From the NCBI RefSeq assembly GCF_044704955.1, contig NC_091994.1, positions 47,492,001 through 47,556,000 on the forward strand: a DNA stretch of 64,000 nucleotides, read 5' to 3'. Below the pieces are notes generated by a model. That model was not told the DNA's origin. It saw only the letters and a program-made list of their open reading frames with translations, and made no database searches. Every line of letters begins with the position of its first letter. Positions within the stretch are counted from its first letter, which is position 1. Of the stretch, positions 12,540 through 21,796 are shown in pieces. Source of the stretch: Pristiophorus japonicus (Eukaryota). The position numbers were made by a program, and so were the translations under genes.

Positions 12540-14465
12540 CCCGTGCCCCTGTTCAAGTACATCCCTCCCCCAGCCAAAGTCCTGTACCCCAGACCAAGTG
12601 CATGCCTCCCCCAGCCGAAGTGCCTTACCCCAGTCCAAGTACATGCCTCCCCCAGCCGAAGTGCCTTACCCCAGACCAAGTGCATGCCTCCCCCAGCCAA
12701 AGTGCCTTACCCCAGTCCAAGTACATGCCTCCCCCAGCCGAAGTGCCTTACCCCAGCCGAAGTGCCTTACCCCAGTCCAAGTATTTCCCCCTCACAGCCA
12801 AAGTTTTTTACCCCAGTGCAAGTGTATGCCTCCCCCAGCCAAAGTGCCTTACCCAATCCAACGACTTCCCTCCCCCAGCAACATGCTTTATCCCAGTCCC
12901 AGTGTATGCCTCTCCAGCCAAAGTGCCTTACCCCAGTCCAAGTGTTTGCCTCCCACAGCAAAAGTCCAAAAGCCCAGCGCAAGTGCATGCATGCCCCAGC
13001 CAAAGTGCTTTCCTCCAGTCCAACTACTTCTCTCCCCCAGCCAATGTGCCTTACCGCATTCCAAGTGTATGCCTCCCCCAGCCAAAGTGCCTTACCCGAG
13101 TCCAAGTACTTTCCCCGCACAGCCAAAGTTCTTTACCCCAGTCCAAGTGTATGCCTCCCCCAGCCAAAGTGCCTTACCCAATCCAACGACTTCCCTCCCC
13201 CAGCGACATGCTTTATCCCAGTCCAAGTGTATGCCTCTCCAGCCAAAGTTCTTTACCCCAGTCCAAGTGTATGCCTCCCCCAGCCAAAGTGCTTTACTCC
13301 AGTCCAAGTGTATGCCTCCCACAGCAAAAGTCCAAAAGCCCAGCGCAAGTGCATTATCCCATTTCAAGTGGATGTCTCTACCTGCCGAAGTGCATAACTC
13401 CCAGTCCAAGTACTTCCCTCCATAAGCCGAAGTGCCTTACCCCAGTTAAAGTATATTCCTCCATTCCAAGTGCATGCCTCCCCCAGCCAAAATGCCTTCC
13501 TCCAATCCAAGTGCATGCCTACCCCAGCCAAAGTCCCGCAGCCTAGCGCAAGTGCATGCCTGCCGCAGCCGAAGTGCCTTACCCCAGTCCAAGTGTATGC
13601 CTCCCTCAGCCAAAGACCTGTACCAAAGCTCAAGTGTATCCCTCCTCCAGCCAAAGTGCCTTACCCCAGTCCAACTAGATGCTTCCACCAGACGAAGTGC
13701 CTTACCCCAGTCCAAGTGTATGCCTCCCCTAGCCAAAGTCCTGTACCCCAGCGCAAGTGCATGCCTTCCCCAGCTGAAGTGCCTTACACCAGTCCAAGTA
13801 CTTCCCTCCCCCAGCCAAAGTCCTGCAGCCCCAGTCCAAGTGTATGCCTCCCCCAGCCGAAGTGCCTTACCTGAGTCTGTGTATGACTACTCTAGCTGAA
13901 GTGCCTTACCCCAGTCCAAGTTTCTGCCTCCCCTAACCAAAGTGCCTTACCCCAGTCCAACTACTTCCCTCCCCCAGCCAAATTGCCTTACCCTAGTCCA
14001 AGTGTATGCCTCCCCCCGCCAAAGTGCCTTACCCCAGTCCAAGTTTATGCCTCCCCTAGCCAAAGTCACATACCCCAGCGCAAGTGCATGCCTGCCCCAG
14101 CAGACGTGCCTTACCCCAGTCCAAGTGCATGCCTCCCACAGCCGAAGTGCCTTACCCCAGTCCATGCCTCCCCTAGCCAAAGTCACATACCCCAGCGCAA
14201 GTGCATGCCTGCCCCAGCGGACGTGCCTTATCACAATCCAAGTGCATGCCTCCTCTAGCTGAGCTGCCTTACCCCAGTCCAAGTGCATGCCTCCCACAGC
14301 CGAAGTGCCTTACCCCAGTCCAAGTGTATGCCACCCCTAGCCAAAGTCAATTACCACAGCGCAAGTGCATGTCTCCCGCAGCCAAAGTGCCTTACCCCGT
14401 CCAAGTGTATGCCTTCACCAACCAAAATGTCTTACCCAAGCACGTGCATCTTCTGCCCCCTCCCC
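12540..14465. repeat. 41-bp minisatellite (CCCCAGCCAAAGTGCCTTACCCCAGTCCAAGTGTATGCCTC), built from two related ~20-bp halves
   Basis: 41-bp period visible at 12601/12642; explains the overlapping Pro-rich ORFs on + and their antisense ORFs. Confidence 0.93.
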
Positions 14466-14639
14466 AATAGATGGGGTATTGTGTAGGGATTGTTAACAGG
14501 TTAATTGGGTATGAAGTGAATCGTGACAGTGTCGTGGCTTCTGGATATCATCCATTCCAAAGATGTCCCTTGTAGGAGTTTGGAAGAATGTGATCGATTT
14601 TTCCTGAGTTCACTCTGTCCTCTCTGATTCCCACCGCCC

Positions 14640-17314
14640 CCCCCCCCACTGTTGCTCGGGACTCGTGGCTCACTGCTCAGCGGGAGGCCCGCTGGGCCTA
14701 GCTAGTCCCGGGGGAAGGGGGGGGGCGGGGCTGCGGTGCAAGTCGGTGAGGATAACAGCGGAGTCTCGGGGCTCAGCTCCGGCCTCTCGGCACCACGTGG
14801 GCCGAATGATTCGGGGCCTGGGAGGGTGCGGTGGGCGGAGCTTGACAGGGGCGGGGCTTGTCGTCTGTTGGTCAAAAAAGTGCAGTGCGGGCCGGGGGGG
14901 CTGGACGGACGCCTGTCTGTCCAAGAAAAGTGCAGCACAAATAGTTAGCCTTAGACTTTACACTTTACATCGCCCATCTAATCGCTCAAAACGGACCTCT
15001 ATCGCCCATTTTCACCAAAAAATGGAAACTAGGCCCAAAACATCGCTGGAAAAATAGGCCCCCAAGTTTCGGCTCACTTTGCCAAAATGATCGCCGAACT
15101 GATCGCCCAAAACAAGGCCCATTCCACTTTCGGCACAGAGTCAGCACTTCACTGGGCTGATGGAAGGCCGAAAACATCGCTGAGAAATAGCTGCTTTTCC
15201 CGGGCTTTACAGAAGGAAATGGGCACTACGGACGCCATTTTGAAGATTGGACGACGGGTGGGGGCAACAGAAAAAACGAGCTAAATAGTTGTGAGTTATT
15301 TAGAGAGTTATTTATAGATAGATCAACTCAGAATATGATATTATGGTATATATATTGAGAGTAGCTATTGTAGAGGCATTTTTTTGCGAAAAGTGTTTTG
15401 TAGATAGTGAAAAGAATTATTGATATTGTTGAGGTCTATTAGACTGACTGGTATACAGTATAGAGAGAGTAGAGAGATTAGTTTAATTTAGTGAAAGTAA
15501 TTATTGATAGTGATGGGGCCTATGCTTTCTCTGCCATTACTTGTAACTGCTCACACGCTGGTTTCTGAAAGGATCAAGCGAAGAGATGGCAGAGTAATGT
15601 GTAGTCCCCTGCAGCAATGGTAGCTGTGACATCGCCCGTCACACACTCCATCATGTTCAAGTCGATATGGGCTCTTCGGGAATCTTCCATCATTTCCAGA
15701 CGGGTAATCCTGGGCTCCAAGCTGTGTGCAGAGCCCCGTACAATATTGGAGATGGACTCCTCCATGTTCCTTGACATTGCCAATAGTCTCTCTGGCAGGC
15801 TAGCCATTGCACCCAGCACTTTGGTCTGCATGTCCATCACCCTTCTGCTGAAGACCGACCCATCAAGGTCCTTATCTGAGTCTTGTGCAGCAGAACCCGT
15901 GTGCGAACTCACTCTCCGGGAAGCTGACCCCGAGCTACCCTTTCCCCCCTGGCCTTGCTGCAGCCCACTTGTGCCCGGTGCCTCACCTGTGCAGATCCCA
16001 CTTCTACTCTAGCCTCAAATATGCGCAGTGCCAGTTTCTGAGCTACTTTCTGCGAGTGACAAATGCAGCAACGCTGCGTCGTCTTCTTCTCCCCCCTCGC
16101 TCTCGTGCATTGCCTCAGAGACCGGCTTCTCAGGTGCTTGTTGCTGATTATCTGCAAGCAGAAATGCAGAAGAGTTGGGTTATGATGAGGGGAGGGGGGC
16201 ATGAAGCAGGATACGCATGCATACAACATCAGCAGCTTGAACGTGAGAAGAGATTGTGGGATGAGGGGGAAGTGCGGTGTGAGGAGAATTAGGAATGAAC
16301 ATACCGTTGATGTCCCCAAGGGGTTCAACCTCGCTGGTTTGAGGCCTGCCTCTATGATCTGCTGCCCAATGATGTCCACCGCTTTCTCCTCCAGCAGGCT
16401 GAGGTCATGGTTGTCAGTCTGCCCCCCGCCTGTCTGCCGCTGCTCCCTCTGATGATGCGCGACCTTTGCCTGCAAGAGAAAGAGAAGTGTGTGAGTGAGT
16501 GTGGTGCAATGTGTTTGGGTGATGTGCCTGCCATGGTTGAATAGCTGTCAGTATGTGCAAAGTGAGAGATGTGGGTGTGAGTGTTGCAGCAGTGGTAAGG
16601 CTGTGAGGGTGAAGTGAAGCTCTGATTATGAGGGGTGAGTGGTGATGGGTAGAGATTGTTGGTAGGTGTGTGCTGGGGGTGTGGTACATTGAGCAGTGTG
16701 TGAGGCTTGTGGTGCAGATGGTGGGATATGGCAGTTGCTGAAGCATTTACTGACCTTGACCGGTCGTGTGAGGTCATTAAACTTCATCTGACACTGGATG
16801 GCCGACCTTGGGACCGCCATGCTGGCCGTGATGTGGGTGACTATGTCCTGCCAGAGATTTCACGAGGAGTGTGACGAGAGCTTCCTGCCAGTGTGGGGGA
16901 AGTGGACAGGCCGCCTCCTCTCCATGGCCACGAGCAGTGGCTCAAAAACCGCTTTGGAGAATCTGCAGGCTCTCCCTGTGCCGAGGCTCCGCCATGGGTT
17001 TGCACTAATGTCTTCTTCCAGCTGCACTTGTGAGGGGCTTGACAATGAGGTGCAGCAGCATCAGTGCATCTCCCCTTTAAGTACTGAATAAAGCCTGTGG
17101 CAAACATGACTGGGAATTAGACTGGACCCAATATTGGCCCATCTTGAGCGTTAAGCCAATGAGCAGCAGTTTCAGCGTGAAATCAAGACTATAATCATGA
17201 TAATGAGGACTGAGCACGAATTTTACGTGCTACCTAGATCTTTTGGACCTGGTGCAGCTTAACATCGTTGGGCCAGGACACTGTCCGTTTCGTGGCCATT
17301 TCTAATTTCTAGGC
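14640..17314 (-). mobile_element. Internally deleted PIF/Harbinger transposon carrying a decayed, intron-containing Myb/SANT-like gene (about 15574-16995)
   Basis: Myb/SANT motifs RFSKAVFEPLLVAMERRR, RSAIQCQMKFNDLTR, AKVAHHQREQRQTGGG; splice sites near 16753, 16470, 16303 and 16152; terminal aatttctaggcc at 17303-17314. Left end not defined. Paralog 62530-64000 runs off the window. Confidence 0.7.
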
Positions 17315-17687
17315 CATTATCCCTTTAAACAGCGAGGTGTCTCACAGTTACTGAAAGGAACATGTCAGATGGAACAGAAACCAAGATATTTGTGTAATGT
17401 GGCTATAAACTACAGACCTAGAGGGTTGGACTCTGTTCTGGACAGTCCCTCTCCTTAAAATAACAGAGCACAGTTCCTGTCCGGGCCCCAGGTGTGTGTC
17501 AGTCTCACGCCCACCCGGGGCAGCTGGTTTGGGCGTCACCAAACCGCCTTCAAATACTGGAAGCTGATTGGCCGAAGCCACCAACCGACAGTTTAGCTTC
17601 AACCAATCCCCTTTGGTATTTAAATGTAGTGTAATTGGCTCTCAATGTCCTGATTCTGTGAAAACAGCAGAGACTGAGAAAATAGAT

Positions 17688-18074
17688 TGTATTTAGCAGT
17701 TTACTGTCCCCCTCCCCTTTTATAGGGGGCACTTGTAAAATATATAATTTTAATGCCCAAAAATCACAAAAAACCCCCACAAAAAACAAAAAAACAAAAT
17801 AAAAATTTAAATAAGGGGCAGTTGAAAAATGTTTGGAGTGTCCTCCAGATCGGGCGGCACTTGATCTAACTGTTAATTTTATCCCCCAAAAAGAGTTGTA
17901 TTTAGCAGTTTACTGTCCCCCTCCCCTTTTATAGGGGGCACTTGTAAAATATATGATTTTAAAGCCCCCCCCCAAAAAAAGGCATTTGAAAAGCGTCTGC
18001 GTGTCCCCCAGATCGGAGGGCACTTGATCTAACTGTTAATTTTGTCTCCTTAAAAAGAGTTGTATTTAGCAGTT
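17688..18074 (+). mobile_element. Tandem pair of very short 5'-truncated Tx1 3' ends separated by three copies of a TSD
   Basis: TGTATTTAGCAGTT at 17688-17701, 17897-17910 and 18061-18074; units 17702-17896 and 17911-18060 both end AAAAAGAGT and match the Tx1 3' UTR at 19560-19735. Confidence 0.9.
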
Positions 18075-18498
18075 AGTAGAATGGAGTTCATAGTCATACT
18101 GGTCAGCTGCTGGTTGACAGAATATGATAGTCAGCTGGCTGGCAAGTTAGTACTTCGGTAACTAGTTATAACTTTAGTCCCTTCCCTGTTAAGCATGTTC
18201 ACTCATGTTGGAGCACTGGCAACACACACACAGCAAGATTGTCTAAACACTAACTGAGGGGGTTCACCGACAGATTGAGTCAGGACTGTGTATGGGAGTC
18301 ACACAGTAAGTGTCCCAGGGTGAGGAGCTTGCTGTATGGAGAATGTTTCAGATGGTTTCTCTGGGAGGGAGCTGCCAGTAACGTGCGCTGTATCAGTGTG
18401 TGGTGCAGAAAGTGTCCCAGTCCTCCAGCTTTATAAGGTGTCTGTATTAATGAGAGAGCCACAAGCTGAGAGTACTGCACCAGACTGTGGTATGGCGG

Positions 18499-19735
18499 CT
18501 GGAGTGGCGGCTGTCCTGCAGGAGCCGCTGCTCGGGAATCCGTACCTCCATGACCGTGGTTTTAGGTGGCAGTCGGACGAGAGGGCTGTGGCTGGTGAGG
18601 TGACCAGGGTCAGGGGCCTGCTCGATGGCGGAGGAGCGGGCTGGATAGTCCGCCGCGCGGCCGATGCCATCGAGTCGCTAAAAACAGCCCTGGGCCCTGA
18701 CTCCGTTAGGTGTATCGAGGAGGCTCAAGCACGTGGGGAGATCCCGTCCGAACTGACCCCGTCTGGACGGAATTACTCATCGGCGCCAAACCCCGGAACC
18801 TCCCTCGGGAGCCGGCGCTTCACAACTTGAGCCGCCTCAGGTAAATCCCCTCCGTGCCTTTCAGTTCTGCGCGGAGGGGTTTCCTGTACGGGCTGCTCCT
18901 GCACACTCTCAACCTTGCCATCCTCGTCTGCTGTCCGGACACGCCTTGGCGCAACATCTTGCCATCCGGAGGAGGCGGGGGTCCCCGATGGAGTGCACTC
19001 TACGCGGGAGTCCTCCCAGTATTTATCGGGGACTTGGCCTGGAGGGTGGTGCATGGAGCAGTCTCGTGCAACAAATTTTTAAGCCGGTTCACGGGCTCCC
19101 AGGCCACCTGCAATTTCTGCGGTCTGGAAGAGTCCGTGTTCCACGTTTTTATGGAGTGTGCGATGTTGCAGCCACTGTTTCATTATTTAAAGGGGCTGCT
19201 CCTCAATTTCTGGCTGCACTTCAGTCCCACACTCCTGATCTTTGGGCACCCTATGCGGAGGGGAGTGGGTAGGTCCAAGGGCCTCCTCGTAGGACTGCTC
19301 CTGGGCACGGCCAAGGGTGCCATCATCCGGTCCAGGCAGCGGGCGGTCGAGGGGGTCGTTCAGCCCGACTGCCTGCCTCTCTTCCGCGCCTACATCCGGG
19401 CTAGGGTGTCCTTAGAGATGGAGCACGCGGTGTCCACCGGTACACTCGCGGCCTTCCGCGAGAGGTGGGCGCTGGAGGGACTGGAGTGCATCATCACACC
19501 CGGCAACCAAATTTTAATTTCATTTTATGTTTTAAAGTTCAATTTGTTTTAATTGCCGGGTTTTAGTGACCCCTCCCCTTTTATAGGGGGCACTTGTAAA
19601 CTATATGATTTTAATGCCCCCCAAAAAAATCACAAAAAAAAACACAAAAAAAAAGGCCAGTTAAAAGTGTCTGGAGTGTCCCCCAGATCGGGGGGCACTC
19701 GATCTAATGTTTAATTTGTCTCCCCCAAAAAGAGT
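18499..19735 (+). mobile_element. 5'-truncated Tx1-clade LINE (ORF2 C-terminus and 3' UTR)
   Basis: CNFCGLEESVFHVFMEC zinc finger; closely similar to 52201-53265; 13-bp TSD TGTGGTATGGCGG (18486-18498 and 19736-19748). Confidence 0.93.
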
Positions 19736-19950
19736 TGTGGTATGGCGGAGAGTTCTTGTTATTGGAGGAGTAATCTGCAATTTAAACTCCAGCCCAGGAC
19801 AGAAGAAGCAGAAACTGAGAAATATCAGGCAATAAACTATCTTCTGATTAAGATGTCGGTCAGTTGCTAACAGTGCTGAGGTGTCCTGCCTCAATCTGAC
19901 GGTCTCTGACGCTGAATGGGCGGGTTTCCGATCCTTGCCCTGGTTGGTCA

Positions 19951-20005
19951 GTGTGAATGGCTCTAATTTGCATGGATTTCCTGCCTGGTGTGAATGGGTC
20001 TATAA
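19951..20005 (+). promoter_or_regulatory. Ig light-chain V promoter: octamer and TATA
   Basis: ATTTGCAT at 19966-19973 (light-chain orientation), TATAA at 20001-20005, ATG at 20084. Confidence 0.88.
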
Positions 20006-20083
20006 CTGGGCTCAATGGGCAGCTGCTACTACAGTCTGTCACAGATACACTCGGGGAAGGCAGGCAGCTCAGTGGCAGGAACG

Positions 20084-20129
20084 ATGCAGACGCTGTGCTT
20101 TTTCTGGTCTCTGGCACTGTGGCTGGGCT
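20084..20129 (+). CDS. Ig light-chain leader exon (MQTLCFFWSLALWLG)
   Basis: Hydrophobic signal peptide with phase-1 GTAAGT donor at 20130; splices in frame to the V acceptor, giving MQTLCFFWSLALWLGCGQS-QTLTQ. Confidence 0.9.
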
Positions 20130-20213
20130 GTAAGTACAGACACTGAACTCTGCTCCTCCCGCAGCAGCACATGGGGCGCTTGGGGTCACTTTTAAAGAGT
20201 CAATGTGTAATGT

Positions 20214-20441
20214 GTGGGGTGGCTTGACCCATCCACCTCCACGGAGGTGTGTGGGGGGCCTGACCCATCCACCTCCATGGCACGAACCTGGTATTGCAGT
20301 ACTTCCAGGAACGGTGCAGTGGCTCTAGGCCTTTTGGCTAAGAGCATTGGCGCAGAGTGATCCTTGATGTGTGCAAGGTGACCTCTGGCGTTTGTGATTT
20401 GATAAAGAATTGGAAAGATTGGCAACGAATATAAAAAAAAA
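20214..20441 (+). mobile_element. U2 snRNA-derived, poly(A)-tailed retroposon (candidate SINE) in the leader intron
   Basis: 12-bp TSD AATGTGTAATGT (20202-20213 and 20442-20453); A-tail; 20286-20318 matches the U2 3' end (stem-loop IV); 20328-20343 matches the U2 5' stem-loop I sequence. Confidence 0.85.
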
Positions 20442-20474
20442 AATGTGTAATGTTTAATCCCTGCTCTTTTACAG

Positions 20475-20801
20475 GTGGACAGTCTCAGACTCTGACTCAG
20501 CCTCCAGCCCTGACCGTGAAACCAGGGGACACGGCCACACTCGACTGCAACATTGGAACGGTTGATAGCTATTATGTCAACTGGTACAAGCAGACACCAG
20601 GAGCAGTTCCTCAATGGATCCTCTATTACCATCACTCTCTCAGTGCCCCAACCTATGGTTCGGGGTTTACCAGCGACCGTTTCACATCGAAAGCCAACAG
20701 CGGCCACAACATTTACCAGTTAATCATAAAGTCCGTGGAGGTGAATGACGCTGCCGTCTATTACTGTGAAAAATGGGTTTCAGCAAGCAGTGCTTATGTG
20801 T
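20475..20801 (+). CDS. Ig light-chain V segment, probable sigma isotype
   Basis: tttacag acceptor; intact V domain with C, WYKQ and DAAVYYC; sigma-like ATLDCNIG and long CDR2 YYHHSLSAPTYGSGF; followed by an RSS. Confidence 0.95.
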
Positions 20802-20829
20802 CACAGTGACAGAAGGTAACACAAAAACT
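20802..20829 (+). other. 12-bp-spacer recombination signal sequence (V)
   Basis: CACAGTG, 12 nt (acagaaggtaac), ACAAAAACT. Confidence 0.97.
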
Positions 20830-21142
20830 GGGAGCAGCTAAATGTTATACACTTAACAACATTTTGCATCTGAAAACTTTCTAATGTTTTACATTTCATA
20901 AAATCACTTTAATGTGTTTTTTTTATACAATATTTTCTAATTTATCCCGTTTCAGAGTTGGTAACATTGAGTCTCACTGCCCAGTATTGGGTGTTGCTGA
21001 CCTTTAATGTCAGTGTGTGGATGTTGCTGAGAGTTCATTCCTTCCTGTCCCACACCAGCTGGGACACTCGCAATACATGGAGTCTGATTAATGCTGGCAC
21101 TGGAGCTTCTGAACGTGTTTTCTGTCTGATTCCAGGGTCCTG

Positions 21143-21181
21143 GGTAATTGTATGGACTGAACCCTAGAGCAACTCACTGTG
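21143..21181 (-). other. 23-bp-spacer recombination signal sequence (J)
   Basis: GGTAATTGT (21143-21151), 23 nt, CACTGTG (21175-21181); nonamer has 2 mismatches to consensus. Confidence 0.92.
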
Positions 21182-21218
21182 GGGGTGTTCGGCAAAGGGA
21201 CCAAGCTCTTTGTAGCAG
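21182..21218 (+). CDS. Ig light-chain J segment (GVFGKGTKLFVA)
   Basis: FGxG motif, upstream RSS, GTAAGT donor at 21219. Confidence 0.96.
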
Positions 21219-21228
21219 GTAAGTGGCT

Positions 21229-21238
21229 GGGAAATCCC
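21229..21238 (+). promoter_or_regulatory. Candidate NF-kB site in the J-C intron
   Basis: GGGAAATCCC fits GGGRNWYYCC; motif match only. Confidence 0.35.
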
Positions 21239-21796
21239 TCCTGCAGGGACTCTCTGGGTTTGAACATTTAGACATTCATTAATAATTTAAACTGTTATTT
21301 CTACTATTTGTTAGACATTAATTTGAGTGAAAATGCTGATTGCAGTACAATCCTGTTTAGTGTCCAGCACTAGCTCTGTTAATTAGTGCTGTGTAATTTT
21401 TGAATTCTAATTGAATTGTTTCTCGAAATTATCTGCAGATTGCTTTTTAAACAGTTGGTGCAGATAGTGTCTGGGTCACAGTGTCTGTCTGATGCAGTTT
21501 ACTCCAAACCTGGATGGAAGGCAGTGCTGGAAAAAGGGTTAAATGATTTCCCTCAACCCCACCCCCACCCCCACCCCCACTCCTCCCATGGTTGAGCTGT
21601 TTTATTTAACAATGGTGGGAATGTTTTCACCATTAACTGGATTGGGATGGATTATACTGAAGGCATATGTGGTTTGGTTAGTAGTACTCTTGCCCCTGAG
21701 TCAGAAGTTTGTTCCACTCCAGACTAGGCTGACATTCCAGTGCCATACTGAGGGAATGCTGCACTGTCAGAGGTGCTGCCTTTTGGCTGAGTTGTC

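Larger units (their letters stand above)
1..16098. repeat. Segmental duplication, copy 1 (upstream flank of the Ig light-chain cluster)
   Basis: Collinear matches to 31830-64000: 160-255~31855-31945, 2350-2690~36290-36630, 2700-2968~37590-37867, 2970-3170~42390-42585, 7581-12560~42590-47600, 15574~63476 (offset 47902). Paired ORFs in the track, e.g. 15574..15912 and 63476..63814. Confidence 0.93.

Noticed and set aside
12492-14486. Pro-rich protein genes (ORFs up to 314 aa)
   Set aside because: All three + frames are open at once, with shorter ORFs on -, because of a stop-poor 41-bp satellite; length differs about five-fold between paralogs.
15574-16995. Host MSANTD/NAIF1-like gene
   Set aside because: Frameshifted, truncated and embedded in a Harbinger-like element with a terminal repeat end.
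17688-19748. Strict CR1 target specificity for the whole Tx1 family
   Set aside because: These related copies have unrelated TSD sequences; specificity could at most apply to a subfamily.
20214-20441. Functional U2 snRNA gene
   Set aside because: Order is permuted, the Sm site and branch-point region are missing, and it has a poly(A) tail and TSD.
20450-20474. ATG at 20450 as the V start codon
   Set aside because: It is intronic and lies within the TSD; the true leader exon is 20084-20129.
20802-21181. D segment or germline-joined VJ
   Set aside because: Only two facing RSSs (12 and 23) are visible, so V and J are unjoined and need no D.
21477-21483. Extra RSS heptamer CACAGTG in the J-C intron
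   Set aside because: No nonamer at 12- or 23-bp spacing and no adjacent gene segment.
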